A stretch of DNA of 64,000 nucleotides from Candidatus Margulisiibacteriota bacterium. Its GTDB lineage: Bacteria; Margulisbacteria; WOR-1; O2-12-FULL-45-9. The translations under genes and the position numbers were made by a program. The notes beneath the pieces are model-generated. The model saw only the letters and a program-made list of their open reading frames with translations, made no database searches and was not told the origin of the DNA. Below, one piece after another: positions 1 to 8,239 of this stretch (position 1 is the stretch's first letter; each line of letters opens with the position of its first letter). The stretch spans positions 86,828 through 150,827 of the forward strand of contig JAYEOW010000029.1 of NCBI GenBank assembly GCA_034723395.1. Reading direction: 5' to 3'.

Positions 1-487
1 TGTATAATCCGCCGGCATAATCGACGTAATACATCCGCTTCTCAACATTAACCGGGACTCCGCCCAGGTCGTCGATAATATTGACGATCCCGGCTAGATC
101 GACCACAATGTGGTAGGGGATTTTGATTTCCAATAGGTTCTCGACAGTTTTTTTAGAGAGCTCTACTCCGCCGTAGGCATAAGCATGGTTTATTTTATCT
201 AACCCCCGCCCCGGCAGGACGGCAAGCGTATCTCTAGGGATCGAGATCAGGGTCGCTCTTTTGGCTGCCGGATCGGAATTTAATACCATGATCGTATCGG
301 AACGGTGTCCATAGGCGCTGTCAACTCCGAGGACTAAAATGTTCGCTTTGGAAAAAGATTGATTTGAGGGGGCAAGGCTCAAAAAAAGCTCGAACAGGGC
401 CAGTTTTGAGGCGATCGCCATAGTAAAACCGATAACTATTGAGAAGACGATGGTAATTGACAAGCTTATTATTACAAATTTCTTCAT
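1..487 (-). CDS. LytR-CpsA-Psr (LCP) family protein, 3' part runs off the window
   Basis: Manual translation from ATG at 487: N-terminal TM helix, then NILVLGVD...RSDTIMV...LISIPRDT...KINHAYAYGG, the LCP signature. ATGA overlap with the yqeK stop. Confidence 0.9.
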   Translation of the reverse strand, partial: MKKFVIISLSITIVFSIVIGFTMAIASKLALFELFLSLAPSNQSFSKANILVLGVDSAYGHRSDTIMVLNSDPAAKRATLISIPRDTLAVLPGRGLDKINHAYAYGGVELSKKTVENLLEIKIPYHIVVDLAGIVNIIDDLGGVPVNVEKRMYYVDYAGGLY

Positions 488-1047
488 GTTTTTAGTAAAT
501 AATGGTTTCGGGTCTCAACCGTGCCGGGATGGAACGGAAGCCCTTTTTTTAATAAAAAGCTGAGCATTTGTGTTGATGTCTCAACTACCGCCCGATCAAG
601 GTCTTTAAAGGCCAAGCGCCTGCTTTTATTAACGCCGGGAAGGTTTCGTCCTTCTTCGATGTGGTCGGCGAGGTAGATGATCTTCTCAATTTTGCTCATC
701 CCCGGAGCGCCGATCGTGTGCCTCCTTATCGCATCAAGGATATCTCTTGACCTTACCCCAAAATCTTTTTTTGCCAAACGCGCGCTCAGTTCGGCGTGCA
801 GGAGCTTTGGCTCGAATCGGCTGATCGGGTCGATCTTCATTTTAAACCGGCGTGCTTCCTTTAACATTCCGCTTCTTGAAAATTTTCGGGCGTAATCGTG
901 TAAAAGGGCGGCCAAACTAGCTTTTTGGATGGAGACTTTATGGCGTTTAGCAAGTGCAACGGCAGTTTTTTCTACCCTTAAACTATGTTCAAATCTATCC
1001 CGCGCAAGCGCTTCCCTTAGTTTGTTAATTATTTCTGGTTTTTTCAC
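484..1047 (-). CDS. yqeK: HD-domain bis(5'-nucleosyl)-tetraphosphatase, YqeK family
   Basis: RFEHSLRV, LLHDYA, LLHAELSA, AIRRHT, IIYLADHIE motifs; yqeK-LCP adjacency is common. Confidence 0.88.
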   Translation of the reverse strand: MKKPEIINKLREALARDRFEHSLRVEKTAVALAKRHKVSIQKASLAALLHDYARKFSRSGMLKEARRFKMKIDPISRFEPKLLHAELSARLAKKDFGVRSRDILDAIRRHTIGAPGMSKIEKIIYLADHIEEGRNLPGVNKSRRLAFKDLDRAVVETSTQMLSFLLKKGLPFHPGTVETRNHYLLKT

Positions 1048-1116
1048 AAAAAATAAACCAAGACTAGCGCCCTGGCAAGGTTGATATTATAACAGCTTTA
1101 AAGATTATCTGTCAAT

Positions 1117-1186
1117 CCCTCACCCCCTTTTTCCCCCTAGAGGGATGTTGAAGAAACGTAATCATTATGTAATAATTGGGTGAGGG
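1117..1186. repeat. Compact copy of the CCCTCACCC...GGGTGAGGG palindromic repeat family
   Basis: CCCTCACCC at 1117-1125 and its reverse complement GGGTGAGGG at 1178-1186. Confidence 0.6.
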
Positions 1187-1190
1187 CAAA

Positions 1191-1931
1191 ATGAACGATT
1201 TAGCAGTTATTATATTAGCAGCTGGTAAGGGGTCACGGATGAGATCGGACCTCCCAAAGGTGTTCCATGAGATACTGGGAGAGCCGATGCTTACCTATAC
1301 CCTGGAATCGGTAAAAAAGCTCTCTCCGCAGCGGACGTTATTGGTGGTTGGCCATAAGCGGGAGCTGATTATGGATTATTATAAGGATTGGGAGCTAAAA
1401 TTCGTCGTTCAGGATGAGCAATTGGGTACCGGACACGCGGTTATGCAGGCGAAGCCGTTCCTGGACGATTTTGATGGGAGAGTCCTGATCGTAAACGGCG
1501 ATGTTCCTTTGATCACTGATGTCACCCTCCGAAAACTGGTCGATTTTCATATCGAAAACAAGGCGGCGGCGACCGATCTTACCGCGGTTTTGGATGATGC
1601 CGGAAATTACGGGCGAATTGTTCGAAAAGAGAATGGGGAGGTTGTTAAGATCGTTGAAAAAAAGGATGCCTCGCCCGAAGAGTTAAAGATCAACGAGATC
1701 AATACGGGCACTTTCTGTTTTAATAAAAAGGCTTTATATCTCGCTTTGGCTGAAGTCCGCGCCGAAAACGCGCAAAAAGAGTATTATTTAACCGATACGA
1801 TCGAAATTTTACAGAAGAAGAACCTTCCGGTTTATGCGTTCCGTGCGGATGATCCAAATGAGACTTTGGGAGTTAATACCAAAGAAGAATTAGTTGGGAT
1901 CGAAAAGATCCTTTTAAGCCGCGAAACGTAA
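1191..1931 (+). CDS. glmU: GlmU-like sugar-1-phosphate uridyltransferase (N-terminal domain only, ~246 aa)
   Basis: LAAGKGSRM..LPKV, QLGTGHAV, GDVPL, YGRIVR, EINTG, EYYLTD motifs; no hexapeptide acetyltransferase domain. ATG 1191 follows GAGGG. Confidence 0.8.
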   Translation: MNDLAVIILAAGKGSRMRSDLPKVFHEILGEPMLTYTLESVKKLSPQRTLLVVGHKRELIMDYYKDWELKFVVQDEQLGTGHAVMQAKPFLDDFDGRVLIVNGDVPLITDVTLRKLVDFHIENKAAATDLTAVLDDAGNYGRIVRKENGEVVKIVEKKDASPEELKINEINTGTFCFNKKALYLALAEVRAENAQKEYYLTDTIEILQKKNLPVYAFRADDPNETLGVNTKEELVGIEKILLSRET

Positions 1932-1944
1932 TTTCCCCAAAAGC

Positions 1945-1972
1945 TGAAATTTTTTCCTGAACTTTCCGAAAG
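1945..1972 (+). promoter_or_regulatory. Sigma-28-like promoter motif, copy 1
   Basis: TGAAATTT-tttcctgaacttt-CCGAAAG, just upstream of ATG 1982. Confidence 0.65.
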
Positions 1973-1981
1973 TTATTTGCC

Positions 1982-4900
1982 ATGTCACGTATAACAAAAA
2001 ACAATGGTGGAAGAGCTGTGTTTCCTCGGGCAATAGCTCTTCATGCTAGAAGAGGATTGTTTAACGATCCAACTGCGCGAAAATTCCTCAAGCCGATCTT
2101 AAAATTTTGGAAAACGGGCAGAATGGAGCCTTCCTCAAAAGATCTGTTGGCGGTTGAGCGGGAGGCAATTCTTACGGTTGGAGTTGAAGCGGATTTGAGG
2201 AATCTGGCAACCTGCCGCCGAAAAGCCTTAGAAGGATTAGGGTCGAAAAACAGAGAAGAGTATATTAACTTATTAATTTCCCTTGGCGCGTGTTACAGGA
2301 AAGAGGGGGAACTTGAGGATGCACAACGTCTGCTCCAGGGAATCAGCTTAGTAGAGCCGGGGAATTGGTTGGTAAAAGCAGAGTTGGGAATTGTTTGTGG
2401 ATTGCGAGGAAAGTTAGAATTATCTGTCCGATATTTTAAAGAAGCAGACTCGGTCCTGGAAGCATATGATCGGGAATATGAGGTGGAGGTGGCGGAAAGA
2501 TGGGAGGCAGCCTCTTTTCGAGCGCGTTTTGAGGCCTTACTTGCGATAGAAAATGATAAAGGAATTAGCCAAGCGCGACTCTCCGACATCCTTGCTCCGG
2601 TTTTAACTTTTCCCGAGGGATTGGAACTTAACGGTATCAAACAATTTTTTTACCAAAAGTTTGAGCGTGCATTTATCGCTTTGCTGCAAAGCAAAGCTCC
2701 GTTCGACCTGTTTTTTAACCTGTTTTATCGAGGAATAAAAGGAGAAAAAGATGGGGTGGCCGCAATGGCCTCGGGAGAGTGGCCGGTCGATGGGAATAGG
2801 CTGCTAAAAGAGAGCCAGATGGTTGTGCTTAAGGTGTTGACAAAAAGCGAGAGGGAGATTGATGCGGTCCAGTTGAAGGATTTATTCGGCGCCGAAAAAG
2901 ATAGCAAATCGGCGATAACGGTTTATGTTCGGATGAGAGTGCGCGCACTATTAGGAAAGGGGCGGCTAGATGCCGCTTGTGTGCTTTGGCAGGAAGTCAA
3001 AAACAATAAATTGGTTTCTCCCGCCGTGTTGAAGGCCCTCCGTTCCGAATTGAGGGCTGGGGAAAAGAAGCTGCGGCAGGATGCGGTGATGGACCAGGCT
3101 TCGGAATTTCTGCGCCAATTGGAGTTTTTTCAGAAAGCCGGGAATGAAGAGAAACTGCTTAATGAGCATGGGAAGCTGGCGGACCAAGCTGCTAGATTGT
3201 TGGAGGTTGCCGAGGAAGAGACAAAGGATGCGGTAAGAGAAGCGTTGATCGAGTTTGTCGAGTTTAACCTCCGGACGGCAAAGACTTTGCAGGGAGCGGT
3301 CCTATTGGCAGACCGCCTGATCGAATTTGGAGATGAAATTGCGCAAGGAGTTAAAAAGATTTTTAATGAAAAGCTTAGCCATGATGGATCAAGAAAGCTT
3401 TTCATGGCGGGCCTGGCTAGCGCGAAGGTACAGGTGATCTCGCTTGGGACTATGCTGGCAAAGGGCAATATCCCGGTAGACGTTACATTTAAAGCTGTGA
3501 AAATTTCTAAGAAGAAGAGCCTAAAAATTCCCAATAACGCGGAGTTTAACAAAGTAAAAAGGTTCTTTGATTTCTTTTTTGTCCGTTTTAGAGAGCATCC
3601 CAGGATGCGGACAATGGCGGGAAAGATCGATGTCCCTTTTGCCGAGCCGATTAGCATGGAATCTTTCTGGTTTTGTTTTATGGCCGCTTTTGACAGCAAC
3701 ATCCATGACCGGACCCATACCTTTGAACTGGCGTTAAGGCTGGACCCAAATAATGTTGTTGCCAAAATGGAGATAGCGCGCCAATATCTTGCCCTTAAAC
3801 AGGCCGTCCGCGCTGAGAGGCAGATCGATGAGGTGTTGGAAAAACTTGATCACCCTGCCGGTGTTTTTAAGGCGCTTACCATTAAGATAATGGCGGTTTG
3901 CCAGAAGCTGGCTGCGGCTAATGTCCGGGGTGAGAGATTGGTTGGGATGGTTGGGGAAAATGAAAAGCTTTTTCAAAGAGCGGAAAGGGAATACGAAAAA
4001 ATTGCTCCGGAGTTGCGCAGCTCGCCGCTGATTGCGGATGAACTGCGGGGGCTCAACCAGACCCTTGGACAGATATATACGATGGCGCGTGATTTTGGTA
4101 AGGCAGTGGCCTATTACGACAAGACCTTGGAGAGCCGTCCGGGCGGCAAGGTCTATGAGTTGGCGATGCGGGCCAAAACCCATTCGCTTTTACTTGAAGG
4201 GAAATTTCCGCGGGCGGTCGACTTCTTGTCCCGTCAGATCGCGGAGCTGGCCAAGGACGTGAACCGCCCGATCCCGGCATCTTTGTATTTTTATTTCGCG
4301 GAGGCGATGTTCCATGTAAAATCGCACAAACACGCGCTGACCGCGATCAACCGCGCGCTCGGGATTAAAAAGAGGCTCGACCTCATACTTGCGAAGGTCC
4401 GTATATTGGCGGCGGCAGGGAAAGTTAGACAGGCGGAGATGATGCTTGATCTTTATGCCGGCCAGGATGCTCAAGAAACCGGCAAAAAGGGGGAAGAAGG
4501 TTCCAAATTTCTTAGGGGACTGCGTGCTTTAGCGGACGCGGAGATCTATCTGGCCAAGGATCGTCCGCAAGCGGCCATTAAAGCGTTTGAACTGGCGATC
4601 AAACTTTTTTCCGGTAATTACAATACGGAGTTTAGGGAGATAGAGTCGAGGTACTATCTGGTTAATCTTATTTCGCGGATGGCTGTGGAGGCCGGGAACC
4701 AAGGACTTGTCCGCCGCGCGGTCGAAGAGGGAGAGAAGCTTTTGCGAAAATATCCTTTTTTTCCGCCGGCCCGTCAAGTTATGGTTGGTCCGCTGATGAT
4801 CTTCGGTAAAGAGTCGGAGGCGTTGGGGCACATCCAATGGCTGGTAAAGCAATCTGGCCGGGGGGTATCGAGCGATATCCTGGCAAACTTGATCATCAGC

Positions 4901-5101
4901 GTATTTTCGGAGAACGAGGCAATACAAGAAAAGGCGATTGCGCTCTTTGTCCAGGTAAGGAAGGATACGGCGGATGAGGCGTTCCCGGGAATTTACAAAG
5001 CGGCTAAACAGGCGGTCAGATTAATTGCAGCGGACTGGAGCGAAATGCATGACCGGCGGCTGGACGATGTCCTGGCGGCGGATACTGCACCCAGGCAATA
5101 A
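1982..5101 (+). CDS. Large orphan TPR/alpha-solenoid protein (1039 aa)
   Basis: Long ORF with TPR-like helices (LISLGACYRKEGELEDA, ALRLDPNNVVAKMEIA, LGQIYTMARDFGKAVAYYDKTL); no signal peptide. Confidence 0.75.
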   Translation: MSRITKNNGGRAVFPRAIALHARRGLFNDPTARKFLKPILKFWKTGRMEPSSKDLLAVEREAILTVGVEADLRNLATCRRKALEGLGSKNREEYINLLISLGACYRKEGELEDAQRLLQGISLVEPGNWLVKAELGIVCGLRGKLELSVRYFKEADSVLEAYDREYEVEVAERWEAASFRARFEALLAIENDKGISQARLSDILAPVLTFPEGLELNGIKQFFYQKFERAFIALLQSKAPFDLFFNLFYRGIKGEKDGVAAMASGEWPVDGNRLLKESQMVVLKVLTKSEREIDAVQLKDLFGAEKDSKSAITVYVRMRVRALLGKGRLDAACVLWQEVKNNKLVSPAVLKALRSELRAGEKKLRQDAVMDQASEFLRQLEFFQKAGNEEKLLNEHGKLADQAARLLEVAEEETKDAVREALIEFVEFNLRTAKTLQGAVLLADRLIEFGDEIAQGVKKIFNEKLSHDGSRKLFMAGLASAKVQVISLGTMLAKGNIPVDVTFKAVKISKKKSLKIPNNAEFNKVKRFFDFFFVRFREHPRMRTMAGKIDVPFAEPISMESFWFCFMAAFDSNIHDRTHTFELALRLDPNNVVAKMEIARQYLALKQAVRAERQIDEVLEKLDHPAGVFKALTIKIMAVCQKLAAANVRGERLVGMVGENEKLFQRAEREYEKIAPELRSSPLIADELRGLNQTLGQIYTMARDFGKAVAYYDKTLESRPGGKVYELAMRAKTHSLLLEGKFPRAVDFLSRQIAELAKDVNRPIPASLYFYFAEAMFHVKSHKHALTAINRALGIKKRLDLILAKVRILAAAGKVRQAEMMLDLYAGQDAQETGKKGEEGSKFLRGLRALADAEIYLAKDRPQAAIKAFELAIKLFSGNYNTEFREIESRYYLVNLISRMAVEAGNQGLVRRAVEEGEKLLRKYPFFPPARQVMVGPLMIFGKESEALGHIQWLVKQSGRGVSSDILANLIISVFSENEAIQEKAIALFVQVRKDTADEAFPGIYKAAKQAVRLIAADWSEMHDRRLDDVLAADTAPRQ

Positions 5102-5143
5102 AGCGGCTGTTTACCTCGGGGCTCCGCTTATTTTAAAATAAAG

Positions 5144-5171
5144 TGAAATTTCCTGTGAATCAGCCCGATAA
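5144..5171 (+). promoter_or_regulatory. Sigma-28-like promoter motif, copy 2
   Basis: TGAAATTT-cctgtgaatcagc-CCGATAA, then a GGAGG SD and ATG 5193. Confidence 0.75.
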
Positions 5172-5192
5172 TAATTTGGAGGCTGTTTAAAT

Positions 5193-5600
5193 ATGAGTGT
5201 AGTTAATTTAGCTATAACCGCTACGACTATTCATAGGGCGTTAGCTAAAAGAAAAATGTCTTATCCCTATTCGTGCCTTTTGAACCATCGTCTTTCGCCG
5301 ACGATAAGGGCGCTGAAAAAATTGGCCAATATAGATCCGGTAAGATATACTGCCTATCAGGAGATGATTGATTTTCTGGTCAATATCGCGAAAAGCCAAA
5401 AAGTCAAGGTAAAGCTTACCTTGCATATTCCAGGCCTTGCCGCGTTACGGGTAATTGATGTGGAGAGATTGATGGAAGATTCGGATGCCCGCAGGGATAT
5501 TGTTAAACGTTGCTACCTCCCGACCAAAGGGATAATCGATCTCAGACCGCTGATTTTTATCAATAAATTATACACTCCAGGGATCAAGGCCGCGCTTTAA
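5193..5600 (+). CDS. Hypothetical protein (135 aa)
   Basis: ORF with GGAGG SD and upstream motif; no recognisable domain. Confidence 0.65.
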   Translation: MSVVNLAITATTIHRALAKRKMSYPYSCLLNHRLSPTIRALKKLANIDPVRYTAYQEMIDFLVNIAKSQKVKVKLTLHIPGLAALRVIDVERLMEDSDARRDIVKRCYLPTKGIIDLRPLIFINKLYTPGIKAAL

Positions 5601-5619
5601 ATATATTTGCTATTTTACC

Positions 5620-5647
5620 TGAAATTTTTGTTGTAACCCCACGATGA
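5620..5647 (+). promoter_or_regulatory. Sigma-28-like promoter motif, copy 3
   Basis: TGAAATTT-ttgttgtaacccc-ACGATGA, upstream of ATG 5655. Confidence 0.65.
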
Positions 5648-5654
5648 ATGTTAT

Positions 5655-7517
5655 ATGGCTATTTACCAGCGTCCAGTATCAAGTGTTAAATTAGATCTTG
5701 GCCTGTTAGGGGTTAAAGGAAGGCTAATTACGCGGCATCGGCTTGCCCGCATGGAGAAGGGGGCTTATCGAGGGGTAATTGATTTAGTCAACCGTTTATC
5801 CGGCCAAACCGTTGTCGATCGATTAAAACTGGACCCTCCAGGCAAGCTTTCTGCTGGGACTTTAAAAGATATTCCGTTAGCTTTAGTTGCGGAAAAATTT
5901 GTAAGTGGAAGCAATGTCCAAACATTAGATCTGCGCGGGATCGAAAAGTTCTGGGCTAGAGAAGGGGCAGAGAGAGCAAAAAAACAATATCTCGGGGTTA
6001 CTGCGGAACGGATAGAAGGGTTGTTTCCTGATCCGAAGACTTTACAGGTTGGCCACCTCTTGGATGTCCTTCTTGAAGAAAGACAGTATTTTGACCGCCT
6101 CGCTCGCGATCCGCAAGCAACGGTTGATAAAGTATTTAAAGCAATCGATCATGGAAAGGAGAAATTAGGATTCTTGAATGTTACTGTTTATCGCCCGATA
6201 GAGGATGGCAAGTGGGTGAGAACACAGCGGACCCGGCAATGGAGATCTTCTCAAACCTTAAAATATGATCCGGTAAAGGGAGGGGGTTTTCCGGAGACCA
6301 CGCTAAAAAGTGTGATTGAAGGTGATAAATTGATCTATGACGTGATGATCAATGATCCAAAAACGTTTAGGCGTGAGGGGTTGGTGCCCGATTTTAGTTC
6401 GATCCGTAATGATCTAAAACAATCCAAGGGATCGGACCGGATGCTTTTTGTAAAATTGGTTTCAAGTTCGGGAGAGGTCGAAGGGGTGGTGCAGCTTCAT
6501 AATCGGGTAAGTGTTGATGAGCCGATCGATTCGTTGCCTTTGCTGCCAAAAGAACCGCAAGACGCCCGCCGCATCAAAACAGAATTGCTACTTTATTTTG
6601 ATCAAGCGGTGCAGGCGATCGAAGCGATCAGGAATCGTGAAAGGTTAAGGGCTGCCGCTGTCTTCCCGGGCCAAGAGAGAAAAGATCCGACCGGAGAAGT
6701 TTATAGCCCGCTCCAATTTCACCGCTCAAGTGGTGACCCGGAACCGTATCTTGATCTAAAGATCGAGATCAACCGGAGCCCATCGCTAAATTTTGAAAAG
6801 ATCGAAGCCCGTGTAGTTGAACAGCTGACCGCGTTGGCCGAAGCTTGCGGCATTCTCCATATGAGTCCTGCGGAGATGCGGGAGCACGTCATACGGGTAA
6901 GCCGGGCAGAGATCGTGAGGAAAAAAGAGGAGATCGTCGGTTTTGGAACTTCACGGTATTTTGATAATTATGTTAACCATAAGGGGAAAAAAGAGACCTT
7001 AACCCTGCTTTGGGGGACGATGGTAAGGCCCGATATGCGCAGAAGGGGATTAATGATTAAGCTAAACTTTGATCTGATCAAGGCGGCCAAAGAGGCGGTC
7101 CAACTTGCGATAACCGGTTTGTTCAAGAGTATAAGGCGGCTTTTTGTCCCGGCCCCGATCACGGTAAGGACTCAAAGTGTTGCCGTCCTTAATGCTTGTT
7201 CCCGGCATTTTAGCGGAGTAGCAAGAGTGGGGCAAACACCAAAAGATAGATATGGCCATATGACCAAGTTTGTTGCCGAACGGGAGAGCTGGGTGATCGA
7301 TGGGAAGAATATCCAGCGAAATGCTTACGATCGGATGAGAGTTGATAGCAAAGGGGACCTGATCCCGGGATTGGGCCCTAATGATGCTTACGTCTTTTCG
7401 GGGGATTTTACCGCGTGGAAAGAATTTTTAACCTGGGTGGCGATTAAAATTATCTATCCAGCCAAATCTTGGTGGAAAAGGAAAGGTGGAAAAAAGAAGA
7501 TCAGTTCTATTATTTAA
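5655..7517 (+). CDS. Orphan protein with possible GAF-like middle region and C-terminal GNAT-like domain (620 aa)
   Basis: LVSSSGEVEGVVQLHNR resembles a GAF strand; GTMVRPDMRRRGLM resembles GNAT motif A. Confidence 0.55.
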   Translation: MAIYQRPVSSVKLDLGLLGVKGRLITRHRLARMEKGAYRGVIDLVNRLSGQTVVDRLKLDPPGKLSAGTLKDIPLALVAEKFVSGSNVQTLDLRGIEKFWAREGAERAKKQYLGVTAERIEGLFPDPKTLQVGHLLDVLLEERQYFDRLARDPQATVDKVFKAIDHGKEKLGFLNVTVYRPIEDGKWVRTQRTRQWRSSQTLKYDPVKGGGFPETTLKSVIEGDKLIYDVMINDPKTFRREGLVPDFSSIRNDLKQSKGSDRMLFVKLVSSSGEVEGVVQLHNRVSVDEPIDSLPLLPKEPQDARRIKTELLLYFDQAVQAIEAIRNRERLRAAAVFPGQERKDPTGEVYSPLQFHRSSGDPEPYLDLKIEINRSPSLNFEKIEARVVEQLTALAEACGILHMSPAEMREHVIRVSRAEIVRKKEEIVGFGTSRYFDNYVNHKGKKETLTLLWGTMVRPDMRRRGLMIKLNFDLIKAAKEAVQLAITGLFKSIRRLFVPAPITVRTQSVAVLNACSRHFSGVARVGQTPKDRYGHMTKFVAERESWVIDGKNIQRNAYDRMRVDSKGDLIPGLGPNDAYVFSGDFTAWKEFLTWVAIKIIYPAKSWWKRKGGKKKISSII

Positions 7518-7519
7518 CT

Positions 7520-8224
7520 ATGAAAATCAGCGGGCAAAAAATATTCTGGGGTACCTATTGGAAGATCTACCGGTCTTTGGCTGCAGTACGGCCCTATAAA
7601 AAAACGGTAGATCGGGGGATAAACCTGCTTGAGGTCAAAGATGGGGGACGTTATCTTGATCTTGCTTGCGGACCGGGGATTACCAGCCGGAAGCTGAAAG
7701 ACGCGGGCAGGAACTTGAGCGTGCTTGGCATAGATTCTTCTAAGTCGGGCCTGGCAATAGCGCGCGCGGATAATCCCGATATCCATTTTGCGGTGGCTGA
7801 TTTTAATATGCCTTTACCGATAAAATCCCGATCGATGGATGGCGTTTTTGCCAATAATGCTTTTTACCTGGTAAAAGACCCAGTAACAACGTTAGGCCGT
7901 ATTCGCGATATTTTAAGGCCGGGCGGGATGTTTGTAATGTCAACGCCAAAAGAGGGGGCCAGGCCTTTTGCGATCGTCAGGGAGCATTTAAAAGGGAGCA
8001 GGGGGATCTTCGAGCCCTTCAGGGTATTTGCCATGTTCTTAGCGTTCCTCCCGTTCCAGATCGCGCTCAAAGGCAGTGCGGGCGGAGCGGCAAATTTCTG
8101 GTCGCAAGAGAAATGGGAGGCAGTTTTAGAGGATGCCCGATTGAAGGGGATTGAATTTGAAGTTGTAGCGGCTGAACCATCGTACGCGGACCAGAATACA
8201 ACCTTTGCCTTGCGTCGCACATAA
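7520..8224 (+). CDS. Class I SAM-dependent methyltransferase
   Basis: YLDLACGPG (motif I), GIDSS, VADF, ILRPGGMF; ATG 7520 is 2 nt after the upstream stop. Confidence 0.85.
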   Translation: MKISGQKIFWGTYWKIYRSLAAVRPYKKTVDRGINLLEVKDGGRYLDLACGPGITSRKLKDAGRNLSVLGIDSSKSGLAIARADNPDIHFAVADFNMPLPIKSRSMDGVFANNAFYLVKDPVTTLGRIRDILRPGGMFVMSTPKEGARPFAIVREHLKGSRGIFEPFRVFAMFLAFLPFQIALKGSAGGAANFWSQEKWEAVLEDARLKGIEFEVVAAEPSYADQNTTFALRRT

Positions 8225-8226
8225 TG

Positions 8227-8232
8227 TATAAT
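8227..8232 (+). promoter_or_regulatory. Sigma-70 -10 box of a probable leaderless transcript
   Basis: TATAAT, 7 nt, then ATG 8240; no SD; TTGCCT at 8205-8210. Confidence 0.55.
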
Positions 8233-8239
8233 TGATTCT

